DNA of 64,000 nucleotides from Hydrolagus colliei. Lineage: Eukaryota. The DNA is taken from positions 122,698,001 to 122,762,000 of the forward strand of contig CM068743.1 in the NCBI GenBank assembly GCA_035084275.1, given 5' to 3'. Positions 35,353-48,040 of the stretch are shown in pieces. Under the pieces are notes generated by a model. It saw only the letters and a list, made by a program, of their open reading frames with translations. It was not told where the DNA came from and did no database searches. Each line of letters starts with the position of its first letter. Positions within the stretch are counted from its first letter, which is position 1. The translations under genes were made by a program, and so were the position numbers.

Positions 35353-37254
35353 ACATCCTAATACAGTACACAGAATTGACGTTATTTATACGTAATAATA
35401 ATCCTTACATTTGTTATAGCACCTTATCAAGTTTTCAAGACGTCTCAAAGGCACTTCACAGAATATACTACAAAGTGAATCGATTGTATATTTTGTGGGC
35501 GAAAATACAAACACAAAACATAATACACAAATCCTACGGAAAATTCAATAAATCTAGACCCCGGTGGGATTTCTCCCTATATTTATAACAGCATGGGAAG
35601 AAGTACCTTCATAATAAACCGTCACTTGAGTTCAGCCGAGCACAGTTAATTATTTCACAGTAAAGTTGATGTCGATATAAAAATTATAGCATGACAAAAC
35701 AATGGGAGGGATTTTTCGCCATGTATTATTTATGAGAGGAAAGTTTCCCTTTGAGACCTGGGCTTGGAGCCAGACCAGAAGAGTGATGGTCTCCACTCTC
35801 CAACAGCTGTTACAGGATGTGAGTCCGGAGTGCCCTCAAATTCTAAAGTGATTGGCACTTGTTTTGAAATTATTTGCACAGGAAGGCCACAAGGATAAGA
35901 GCCTGTGAGAATCAGATTACACAGATTATAGTTTTCTTTTAGGAAACAACATTATACGATATAGTACATAAGTAGTTTGGGACATATGTGCATGTGACTG
36001 CCAGGAAGGTGGTAGGTGAACTAGATGGACCTTGGTCTTTTTTTGTCCAGCATTATGTTCTGATGGTGCTATGAGAATGTTGCTGCTGAGAATCATGGAT
36101 TAGTCACACTGGTTTCTAGCAGGAGCTATAAGCATGCCTGAGAGTGAAGCAGCATGCGTTTGAACATGTAAGGGGTTAATATGATAACGGTGCAAAGTGG
36201 AAGACAGTTAATTTCTTATCATTGCTATTAATTATTAAGAGAAATAGAATTTTGCTAAGAAGACAGACTTTCACTTTACCTCGAATGCTGCAATTTAGTT
36301 GCTCTCTGACGTCTTAAGAAGTGGTTGTTTCCAGTTTCATATTTGTAAGCCTTTGGTTTGCAATAGGTTGTGTGGAATTCTTCTATTAAGTATCAGTGGC
36401 CACCACAGTGTGAACAGGCTATTTATCAAATTCCCATCACGCAAATGACATTTCATTCCTCTTCTCAGTAATATTCAAGTTTTGAGTTGCTTGAGAGGGA
36501 AATGGCTGATTTTGACAAGATCCACCTACCTGCAGTTACTCACTTACTGCATTTCCACTGCAAACACACACACACACAACACGTAAAAGGAAACAAATTA
36601 TCACAAGATCAGCCACCAAAATCACAGACTGCTCGGAACTGACTTCAGAAGGTGTTGTTTTTAAATGATTCTGGTTAAACCATGATGCATTAGCGACGTG
36701 TACACAGTACTAAAAAAACAGGCTGGCAAATGCCACTGAATGTAATATATATTATTTATATATTATCAGTCATTAGATCAAAGTTGCTTGAAGACAATTT
36801 TTCTGAAACTACGGGCAGTTTTGGTTGCATTCAAGAAAACACTTTGTACAGTGGAAAAATATCATGGAAAGAGTGAAGCACTATTGATTAACTCTTTCAG
36901 GATTACATGATTAACTCTTTTGGGATTGCTGCAATAAAATATAGAAGCATACAAGGTTTACTGTACAAAAGGAGACCATTCAGCACATAATCTCTGTGCT
37001 GGTTTCTTCTATTGGACCGGTCTACTCAAACCCTATTCTCTTGCTCTTTTCACATATTCTTTAATATTATCTTCCTTGAATGTTTATTAAATATATTTAT
37101 AAACACTACTGTAGACTCTGCTTCAGCAATGATATGTGGTAAACCACGTGATAACAATTTTTTGGACAACACCCCATGCAAAAAAAATCTTCTAACCTCT
37201 TGTTTTTTTCTTTTAATAATAATAATCCTTTATTTTAATTGAGAATACAAAGAA

Positions 37255-37457
37255 TAATAATAGTAATAATCCTTGCATTTGATAAAGCGCTTTTCACGTT
37301 GTGGATTGAAATGACCAATTTTTATCTTTTTTTTGAGGGATTATTATTATGTGGAGTAAGGAAACTTACCCAAGGTTTTCATCTGATCTGCCTGGATTCG
37401 AACACAGGTCTCACGCTTGTAAGGCGAGTGTCAAACCACTGAGCTACAGGACTTCAA
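37255..37457 (-). mobile_element. Internally deleted tRNA SINE
   Basis: Tail joined directly to the 5' half; Deu core missing. Confidence 0.8.
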
Positions 37458-38199
37458 CAATTTATTCTGATTTGTTACTGATTTGATGATCTGTGGAAAT
37501 CTTCTTCTATTTACTCTTACAAAATCATTCATAAGTTTGAACCTCCTGCGCTCCAAACAAAAACAAAGTATTTCATATAATTATAACACATCATTCATGG
37601 TATCATTCTAGTTAATCCCTGTTCAACTAAACCAATCTTTTTTGATTTATTTAAAAATATAGGTGAAAATAATTAAGTGTGTTTCTGGATAATTCTTCAA
37701 TTCCACTTTATAACCTTGCATACTAAATGCCAGTGATTTCCTCTGGAAAGCTCACAATTTTGCCTGGGTGGGTAGCTGAAGGTTCTGAACAGAAGCTGGA
37801 AGTTTGCTGTTGAGAGAAAATAAATCACGTAGCCAGGAGATGCCAATGTGCTTTAACTTGTTTCCTCACTGATAGTTAAGAAGTGGTATTGGCAGAATCC
37901 TGGAGGATGGTCATTGAACCTCTATTACAACTATTGTCCCCCACTTGACCCGCCCTATAATCGGCAGACGGATTTTCAGCCTCTCTGTCCCAAACTCTCT
38001 GGAACTCCATCCCACAGTGCCTTTGCCTCGATCCCCTCCCTTGCCTCCTTCAAGGCCGGTCTCAAGACCCTCCTCTTCGACCGTGCCTTCTGCTGCCCTC
38101 CCTAACCCATGTCTCTCACTTGCAAGTCGCATGCTCTAAACACTGTGCTATAGGATTCCACAAAATGCATGCACGGGTATTTTGAAATCTACATGGTGA

Positions 38200-38980
38200 G
38201 CACTCCACCTCACAAAGCAAGTCAGGAACCTCGGCATCACGTTCGACCATAAACTCTCCTTCCTTCCCCACATCCGTGCCTTGACCGGCACCACTTATTT
38301 CCACCTACGCAACATTGCCAGGCTCCGCAATTATCTCACCCCCAACGCTGCCGAAACACTCGTGCACGCATACATCACCTCACGGCTGGACTACGGAAAT
38401 TCTCTCCTCGTCGGCCTCCCCAGTTCCTCCATTCACAGGCTGCAGGTCATCCAAAACTCTGCAGCCCGTGTACTATCCCGCACCCGCCTCCGCAACCACA
38501 TAACCCCCACCCTCGCTCGTCTCCACTGGCTCCCCATCCTCCAGAGGATCGAGTTCAAGATCCTCGTCCTCACCTTCAAGGCCTTTCACGGCCTTGCCCC
38601 GCCCTATTTAACTGATCTACTCTCCCCTTATATGCCCACCCAGACCCTCCATTCAGCAGGAATTGGCCTGCTCCAAGCCCCCCGCCCGAACCGCCCACCA
38701 TCAGAGGCCGGGCCTTCAGTTTTTCCCCTCCCACCCTGTGGAATTCCATCCCCCAATCCCTCCGCCTTGTTTCTTCCTTTCCTCTTTCAAGGCCGGTTTG
38801 AAGACTTTCCTCTTCGACCGTGCCTTTTGTTCCCCCCTGAATTTTTCGACCTCCCCTATGTGTTTCAACCCTTCCCGAACACCCCCCTCCCAGCTCAGGT
38901 CACACGCCTCCTGTGCAGCGCCTTGGGACGTCCTCCCGACGTGAAAGGCGCTTTATAAGTTGTTGTTGTTGTTGTTGTTT
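38200..38980 (+). mobile_element. Young L2 family A, small frameshifts
   Basis: ORF 38281-38958 with L2 motifs; (TTG)n tail. Confidence 0.95.
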
Positions 38981-40309
38981 AATACTGAGATGAATAAATG
39001 GAGAAAATACATTTCAGTATTGAACTTATTAGAAAAGACCAACAGATGTCAGTGGTGCTTGTGATGTAATGTATCAGCAATTTATGTTGCAATAAAGGAG
39101 GAGTTTACAGTTCTGAGCTACGAGGTGGCTAAAATATCAATATGTCCAATTATATATCTGATACTTTAAAGCAAGAGAGATTTCAAAATAAGGTACTAAT
39201 TATCTGGTAGTATCTATTATAATCACATCTAACATAGGCAACAGCAACTTGCATTTATATAGCATCCTTCACATGGTACAGATCACAGATCACTTAACAA
39301 TGATATAGTTTGATGCTAAATTGGGGAGAAAAGGGATGTGACCATAGGCACTGTCAAAGAAGAAACTAAATGTCCTCTGGATAGCAGGCATAGCGAATGA
39401 AATACTTGATGTTGACTTGCACCGCGTATAACATAATATTGTAGCTCGTTTTCAATATATGTAAATGTTGAAATTCCAGTGCACTTATCCTGAAGGAGTT
39501 AAAGGGATTTGAAGCTAAGAGAGTGGAAATTTGTGCATGGGAATGTTAATGAGATGGGTGTCTCAGAGATTCAAGCCCATTGTTCTGGGACTGCTCAGCT
39601 GGTAAGGCAGAAGTAATGCAAGGAAATAACCAGGAAAGTTAATCTGGTCAGTTTTACCAAAAGGAGATGGCTGTATGTATACGTATATATATATGTATAG
39701 AACAATTTGTAAAGGAGTGTAAAAGTGCAGTCAACCTTTAATTAGTAGCATCAACTTATATGGTTTTGTTAATGTGCGCAAAATGAAGGGTTATTTCCTT
39801 GGCATTCAATCCCAAGGATGGGAGGCAGATCTTGCCATTTTGTATGTCAGAAGAGTGGATATTGACTATATATTCTTTCAGAGGAGGATAATAGTCATCC
39901 TTAAATTTGTAATAAGTGAGAAGGTTGTGCAAAGAAACATGGCTGATAGGGCTCACTTCAAGGTTAGGCAGCTCACCGGGAGCAGACCACAGGAATTCCG
40001 GAGGAAAAAATTGGGTTATCTCAGCCTGATGAAAGTAAAAATGACTGATTCACTTATAATTATAAATTATTCACTCCAGCAGCACTAATGAGGTGAGGAG
40101 AATATTATCAATATTTTTATTTATTTTAATAAACAACCCCTTCCGCACCTCCCCTCACACCTTGAAATAAGCTATTGTCAGACATTGCCGGTGAGCTGTG
40201 CTTGTAAAGTGACTGCCATCGTATTCATCAAGGACTACCGCTTCCCCACCGTTCCCGAGTGACAAGTTTATAATGTACAACCACACTTATGGGTATGAGA
40301 GAGACATGT

Positions 40310-41075
40310 TTCTCCCCTTTTGCAACATCCAGCGGACTGCCAAAACCTTCAACACTTTAGTGCGGCGGTCCTGTAACACACTAAACAGTGTTCAAACAGT
40401 CAACGTGCTGTTTCAGAACACCCAAATTGTCCTCAATTGTGATCCGATTACACTTACATGCAGTATCAACACCAAAATTACAGTAGTGTAGAGCCTTTCA
40501 CGTCAGGAGGACGTTCCAAGACTCTGAACAATCAGTGTTTCGGAACCTACTGTTCCTGGGCTTGGGTTTGAGGGTGTGTCATTGGGTTAGGGGCCATGTA
40601 CTGAGGAACATATTTACCAAGAAAGCATTCGTGAGTCTATGGGGCCCAGGGTACAGGTTAGGTAAATGGAAACTCCTTAAATGTGTGTCATGTGCTGATC
40701 CTGGGAAGTGGCTGTTTATGTACAAAATGCTCTCCCCCACAACCTGAACCTTCATGCTGAAGCAACCTTCCTTGTTTCGGGTATGATAAGGGATGCATGA
40801 ATAGAAATTCTCACATGCGGATTGCCAAGTGCCAAGTAATCGTGGAAATCCATTGCCTCCTAAACCCTCAGGAAGCCAGCGAACTGTAACACGTATTTGT
40901 TTGGCAAATTGAGTTAATCCAAACTTGACGCACCTTGATGTATTTCAGTATGAGTACAGGGTTACCTGCTCAAGGATCAGTGACTACAGATTGGTTGACC
41001 CTCTCTAAGTCTCTCCCAGTCTTTGGATGGAGCCAGTGGTGTAGAAATTGAGGGCCACTGACCATGCTGACCTGA
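40310..41075 (-). pseudogene. Harbinger/PIF DDE transposase fossil, split by a solo L2 tail (~40467-40545)
   Basis: Colinear minus-strand motifs: VALNFYTTGSIQ (~41060), AGFLRV*EAMD (~40865), RNKEGCFSMKVQVV (~40760), FPGSAHD (40687-40707), RITIEDNLGVLKQHVDCL (~40420). Confidence 0.85.
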
Positions 41076-41271
41076 CCCAACTTCAAGGCACCAAGGCCAA
41101 CTTTGTGAGCTTTGCAAACTCCCTCAAGGCATTCCTTGATATTCCTGTTTACACCTTATTTATTCCTGTTGTGATATTTCCCGGAAGCATTTTCTATTGC
41201 ACAATCTTCCAGATTGTGAGCACCTGCAGGTTCTTCCCCCAGAACCAAATAGCTAATGAAAACGCTGTTAC

Positions 41272-42352
41272 TGAGTCATGTAACTCAGTGATTAGATCAC
41301 TAGCCAGGCAAGTGAGAGACCTAGGTTTGATTCCTCAGCAGGACAACAAAAACAACAAAATTACATTTATAGAGCGACGTTCACATTGGGAGGACGTCCC
41401 AAGGCACTGAATAATCAGGTTGAGACCCGAGCAAGGGGTAGGAGCAGGGTAGGGGATGGAGCAAATTAGGAGGGGAGGGAAAGAATTGGGAGGGCAGCGG
41501 AAGGCACAATCAAAGAGGAGGGTCTTGAGACAAGGGAGGCAAGGGAGGAAGCAAGGTGAAAGAACTGTGGGATTGAGTTCCAGAGTGTGGAGACAAGAAG
41601 GCTGAAAGCCCATCAAGCGGTGGTAGGGCGGGTCGGGTGGGAGACATGGAGCAGACTGGAGCCCGCTGAACGGAGGGGGCGGGCAGGTTCACAGGGAGAC
41701 AGCAGGTCGGAGAGATAGGAGGGGGCAAAGCTGTGAATGTCCTTCAAAGTGAGGATGAGGATCTTGAATTCGATCCTCTGGGAGATGGGGAGCCAATGAA
41801 GCCGGGCGAGGGAGGGAGTGATGTGGTTGTGGAGCTTGGTGCAGGAGAGGACATGAGCTGCAGAGTTGTGGATGATCTGCAGCTTGTGAACAACAACAAC
41901 AACAAAATTACATTTATAGAGCATCTTTCACGTCGGGAGGACATGAAGGGAAGAGCCTTGAAGGCCGATGAAAAGGGAGTTTCCACAGTCAGGCCTTGAT
42001 GTGACAAACACATGGATAAAGGACAAAATGTTGGGCAAGTTTCCTAACTACGCACACCTCTGGTTGCCTAGCAGCTAGTAGGAACCTGGTTGTTAGTCGA
42101 TTGGTGGATCACTGGAGTAATAATCCCTCAAAAAAAACTCAACAAATTAAAAATTATAATTTGATCATAATTTGGTCTCCTCAACCCATGACTGTTTGTG
42201 GGACTCAGCTGTGCACAATTGGCTGCCACGTCAACACCCACAAAATATACAGTCAATTCACTTTACAGTACAGTATATTCTGTGAATTGCTCTGAGACGT
42301 CTTGAAGACTTGATAAGGCGCTATTTCAAATGCAATAATTTATTATTATAAT
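41272..42352 (+). mobile_element. tRNA/Deu SINE (long subfamily) interrupted by L2 pieces (41344-42015, - strand)
   Basis: Head 41272-41343; body resumes at ggacaaaatgttgggcaag (42021); ggacaa duplicated. Confidence 0.85.
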
Positions 42353-43664
42353 TCTCTCCCTGACAGCCCCAGCAGTGGTAAGTAAGAGGAGATGTCTTGC
42401 TCATATCTAACATCGTGTAGCTACCTTCGAAATACTATGATGATATGTCCTGAAAGATGGCCACGTTCAAGGAGCTAATTACCTTCTGAGGCTCTAGTCT
42501 AAAGTATGTAGAAGTTCTCTATTGTAAATGCAAATTTCCCATATTACAAACACCTGACAAAGTCATGTAAACAGGTAATTACCAAAGGCAAGTGGTACTA
42601 AATTGTTTTTCGAATGTTTTTCCTTTCCTGTAGGTGCTCCAGTGAAGTGTTTGGCATTATATGCCTATTCCTAATAACTCTATTTATACATTACTGGAGT
42701 GTGAGAGAAAAACGGGCAAAATGCACAGAGTTTTCATGACCTCTGAAACACTGCTTACATCAAATGAAATCAAGTGGGTGTACCTGGCTTGAACTCCAGT
42801 AGAGTAATGTGTTACTACATCACCTCAATAAAAAAAAACCCTACACATTTTGTAATGTTAACAAAATGTTTACAAAATGTTTACCGGATTTACAGAAAAG
42901 TGTTATCACTGGTATCTTGCAGGCAAATAGAGCAGCCAATTTGCACACATCAATGTCCCACAAACAGCTACGAAGTGAATAAACAATTTTATTTGGGTAT
43001 TGTTAGCCAGGACATCAGGAGAAAATCTCTGTTGAATTATTGTGCTGATAGAGAAGTACACGGAATTTCTAGCCTGTCATGTTTTATCACTGATGGTAAA
43101 GTACCAGTTGCAGAAGGAACCACTACTCCACAATACTCAAACAATGTTTATTCCGCTATAATAGAATAACACCCACCAATTAAAGCATCAATAGTTGGTA
43201 TTCTCCTATTCTTTTCGATCAAAGTATATCCTTCCAATATTGTTTCCAATTTAAGCACTATTGGAAGGACTTGACACTTCCAATTTATTTACACTGATTT
43301 GCACACAAATTTTTTAATATAAATACTGCCTTGCCATAACACATACCACTGTAGGGCTTCATTACCCTTATATACCAAGCCTGAAATAATCCCTTTTGAT
43401 TTACATTGTATGGCACACATTTCAGAGAGAACTAACAGTCAGAATTTGAATTTGCACCAATGGAATTTGGGGGAAGAAATTTCATCTCATATTAAAATTA
43501 TTCTATTCATGGAACATTTCAGAACATGTGGAATTAGCAAATTCTTAATTTTTAAGTCATAATTAACAATAAAAAATCAGCTACATACTTAGTTACCAGC
43601 TATCAATTTGCCAAAGTCGGACATTCTAATATACCTCATAAACAGAGTAAATTGAGGTGGACTG

Positions 43665-44040
43665 TAAACTTGGTTTAGTTGGTAGCACTCTCACCTCTGC
43701 GTCAACCATAATACATTATAGTTGTTTAGAGCATTTCACTTCGGAAGGCTGTCCCAAGGCACTGAAAGGAGTAAGGCCAAAAGGATTTGGGTTCAACTAT
43801 TACTTCAGGACTTTGAACTGACTGCAACAAAATCCTGGAGAAATGCTGCACTGTTGGAGGTTGTGACCTCCAACACCTCAAACTAAAGTTCTGTAAGCCT
43901 ATGCAGATAGATATTAAAGATCCCACGGTACTACTGTATTTAAAAACAGAAGGGAGTCACTTCCCTTCACAGTAAATCCTGAGAAGAAATTTGCTACATC
44001 CTCCTGACATGAAAGGTGATATATCAAATGGAATGATTAC
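43665..44040 (+). mobile_element. Degenerate SacSINE1-like DeuSINE
   Basis: ttggtagcactctcacctctg head; tgctgcactgttggagg; aaagatcccacggtact. Confidence 0.6.
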
Positions 44041-44435
44041 TGATACAGTATTATAATGTCTCAGATTGTTGTTTTTAATTGGCATCGGTGAAACTATTTG
44101 CTAATAAATATGAACATCGAAAATCAGGATCTGGGGAAAAGAAGAGCTACATATGAAAAGTCACAGTGATGTATACAAGTTAAAGGGAGGATATCAACCT
44201 GAAAGGAGACATCATCCTGGAAGGGATTGCTTGTAATGTACACAGTCACTACACTTTACAGTAAATTTGGTGCTTCATTTTCAGACATCCTCTTGACATG
44301 AAAGTTCGTACTGTATATCAAATATAAAGATTATTATTATCTTATTTTGTTTTTCCTTTTCATTTGTTGTGGCAACTGGCTGTTTTCATTGGGTAAAATG
44401 GATAGGACATAGAACAGATTAAATCTATCAAAGTA

Positions 44436-44580
44436 CAGTGAAAGCTGTCTTCAACCACTCCTCGGGGAACTGGGTCAAAGCAGTCTTTATATAAGGATGG
44501 CCTCTGAGTAAGAGGTTGATTTTGTGTGAACCAGGCTGCCTGGAATGGCCCAAGATGCTTGTTAACAACAAGTCTGACTG
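44436..44580. mobile_element. Old short TcMar-type MITE
   Basis: TA|CAGTGAAAGCTGT ... ACAAGTCTGACTG|CA imperfect TIRs. Confidence 0.55.
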
Positions 44581-45180
44581 CATTTTCATGTGTTGGGATA
44601 AAAAGGTAAATAATACACCTTTGCCTTTTCATGGGAAATTTTACATCCATTTACTTCATTGATTTTTCATAATTTTGTAGCATGGCATAAAAAGCAATTG
44701 TAACTATCATTTGAATTATATTTGGAGGTCTGAACCTTAAGAATTAGAGAAAAAAGGAAACTAACATGGGAACATAACATGGAACGTATGCTTTCCAGTA
44801 ACAAAAATTCTTATGCAATTTCATGTTAAAATACTTATTTTATAGCACCTTATCACATTGAAAAGTCTGAAAGGGCACTTTCCAAAAATTAATTTCAATA
44901 ATAATAATCCCTGCACTTGATATAGCACCTGATTATGTTATCGAAACATCCTATAGAACTTCACAGAATATGCTGTAAAATAAATTAATTGTATATTTGG
45001 TGAGCGAAAAATATTGCTACTGCAATAGTCAAGTGTAGTGGCCAATGCAGTAGACATTTTCATCCAACTAGGTGATGAGAGGGAATCAATTTGAGATAGT
45101 TATCAAATGGGAAGGTTAGGAGAATTGTTTTTCACGCACAAAGTACTGTAGGACATGGAATAATGGTTGAGGCAGAATCC

Positions 45181-46153
45181 AACAACAACAACAACAACTT
45201 CGATTTATATAGCGCCCTCCACGCCAGAAGGCGGCTCAGAGTGCTTCACAGTAGCGGATCCCGGGACCGAGCCAGGGGCAGGGGCAGGAAGGTGACCAAA
45301 AGCTCGAGTCAAAGAGAAAGGTCTTCAACTGTGACCTGAAACTGGGAAGTGAGGGGGGGGAGGCGAAGCGAGTGAGGAAGGGAGTTCCAGAGCCTCGGGG
45401 CATAGTGTTAGTCACTATCCACCCTCGGCACTGCCGCCGAGGGTGGAGCGGAGGACTCGGGGGACATGGAGGAGGCCAGTCCCAGAGGAGCGAAGGCAGC
45501 GGGTGCTGGGTTGGGGGGAGAGGAGATCAGAGAGATAGGGGGGTGCAGAGGAGTGGAGGGATTTGAAAACAAGGGTGAGGATCTTGAAGTCGATCCTCTC
45601 TGGGATAGGGAGCCAGTGAAGTCTGGTAAGGACTGGGGTAATGGGGGAGCGAAGCTTAGAGCGGGTGAGTATGCGGGCGGCAGAGTTCTGGATAAGATGG
45701 ATTTTGTGGATTGTGGTGGAGGGGAGACCGGCGAGGAGGCCGTTGCAATAGTCCAGCCGAGAGGTGACAAAGGCGTGGACCAAGGTTTCGGCGACTTTTA
45801 AGGTGAGGTATTGCCGGAGACGGGCGATCCGTCGGAGGTGGTAGAAGGCAGTGCTGGTGACGGACTGGATGTGGGGGAGGAAGGACAGTTGGGGGTCGAA
45901 CCTGATGCCAAGGTTGCGCACAGGTTCGGTGAGATTTAGGTGCAGGTGGGAAGGTGGAGGAGGTGAGAGCCGTGCGAATGGAGATGTTGACGAGAGCCAA
46001 GGAGTATGGCCTCCGTCTTGTCAACATTCAGCTGCAAGAAATTTGTGCTCATCCAGCCCCTGATGTCCGAAATGCAGGCTGACAGAACATCGGGGGACTG
46101 GGGGTCACAAAGTGAAGTGGAGAGATAGAGTTGGATGTCATCCGCGTACATGT
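45181..46153 (-). mobile_element. Young L2 family B inserted in an old CR1 tail
   Basis: YADDIQLY..RNLGIRFD..SRLDYCNGLL; (caa)n tail; CR1 sequence at 45050-45180 and 46165-46315. Confidence 0.95.
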
Positions 46154-46984
46154 TAACTTTCAAATATTAACTTTCAAAAGAGAAAGAAAGCGAGTTCACT
46201 ACATGTTACAGGAAAGGCTCAGGTTAAATGGGACTGAAAGGATTTCTCTTAAAAGACCCACCACAGACAGAATGTGCTAAATGGCCTTCTTCTCTGCTGT
46301 AAATTTCTATAGTCCCTAGTACCACAAACAGCCATGAATTGAATCATCGCCTAATCTACACTATTGTTGGCCAGAACACTTGGAGAAACTCACTTCTCTT
46401 ATCAAATAGTGTTTTGGGATCTTTGACATGTATAACAATTCACCTGGAGAACAAGTAGACATATGGTAACTTGTGTTTGTGAGCAGTATGTATCAGACTC
46501 CAGTGGCAGTTAAAACATTTAGTTCCTCCAGACTGCACATCACACAACCCAATGGAGCTGTGACTGGCAACATCCCAATATTCCACAGAAGAACATTTCC
46601 AGAGACAACAGATAAACATGTGCAGCTGGCTGCTACAATGGCACTCTCAATGGTTTTAATTTATTACCATTTCCTGTGACCTGCTGTCCTTGAATTTTGG
46701 ATCAATCCATTGTGGTTCTAAATCTTGACCCTGTATATAACGTGTTACTTTCTCTCCTCTAGAGTGATGTATGCTCACAAGATTAGTTTGAATGAAGAAG
46801 GTACTTTAGCCCATTGGATTTGATCGTACCATCAGCGCATCAAGCTACATCTTCAATAAATTCAGTGTCTGGCCTCAACAACCCTCCAGCTATTAATTGC
46901 CTTCTTTTAAATAATTGGTATCTTATCCCAACTTATCCTACTGAATTTATGCACTCTTATCTTATGTTTGCATATGTTTGTTCT

Positions 46985-47240
46985 CCTGGTTCAATTTGTA
47001 GCACTCTCCTCTCCGAATCATAAGATTGTGGATTCAAACCCATAACAGGACTTGGAATTCATTTTGTCTAAACTACCACTCTAATACAATGATGTGGATG
47101 TGCTGCATTGTTAGAGGTGTGGTCCTTCAGATGAGACATTAAACCAAGGCCCCATCCACCTTGACAGATGGATGTTAAAGATACCATGAAACTACTGAAA
47201 AGAGAAGAAAGTTCCTGCTGGTGTCCTGGCCAACATACCC
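46985..47240 (+). mobile_element. SacSINE1-like DeuSINE
   Basis: gtagcactctcctctccgaatcataagattgtggattcaaacc; cagatgagacattaaaccaaggcccc; ggtgtcctggccaac. Confidence 0.75.
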
Positions 47241-47699
47241 CCAAAATAAAATAAAATGAAATTAGCTTAATGGTTGTTTGTTCCTCACAGGTTATCTACC
47301 TTACACCAATATTTCCTCTGCACTGTCTCTAGAGCCTGGAGGATTTCCAAATCATGGTGATCAGAACTGTACACAGTAGATCAGCAGGTATGATCTGAAC
47401 ACAGCATTACTACATTGTTTTAGCAATTTCAATTCAACTGATTTGACAATGTAGCCCAAAATCTTGGTCACTTTGATAATTGCACATGGTGTGATAGTTC
47501 ATGTGGTTTCCCATTATCAGTTGGGGATGTCATCTCCTCAGATGGCCTATGGGGAGAGTCAAATCTGATCAAACCTACCCCACTATGGTGGTTGTTATGC
47601 ATTATATTTATTTTTGTGTGAGTGTTCCTTCTTTTCCATCTCGGATTATTAATTCCATTAGGTTACCATTTTTAATTCCGTGTTAATGGGTTGGCAGGT

Positions 47700-48040
47700 A
47701 CCAGATATGGTCTCTTGAATATGGAAAAGACATTTGGCTGTTTTCACGTGTCAGAACCTCCCCAGTGTTCATTGAATCCCTCAAATTAATTGCTGATACT
47801 TCACAAATCTTCTTCCTTGTCTTTCTAAGTACCCTGATATAGTTCATCTGTCGCTGGGAATTTATTGATTTAAAGCCCCTTGAGCCTATCTAAAAACTCT
47901 GCCTCATTAATGCCAAAATCCCAGAGCTCACACAACAGTATCTTTTAGATGTTGGATGACATATTGTTGCTCTCCTCTCTGATTTTAAAACAAAGCCTCA
48001 AAGATATATTCATTAAATATATTCAATAACTTCTGTGTAA
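47700..48040 (-). mobile_element. Very old CR1 ORF2 middle fragment
   Basis: Minus strand INKFPATDELY, resembling the K(S/A)PGPDG motif. Confidence 0.45.
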
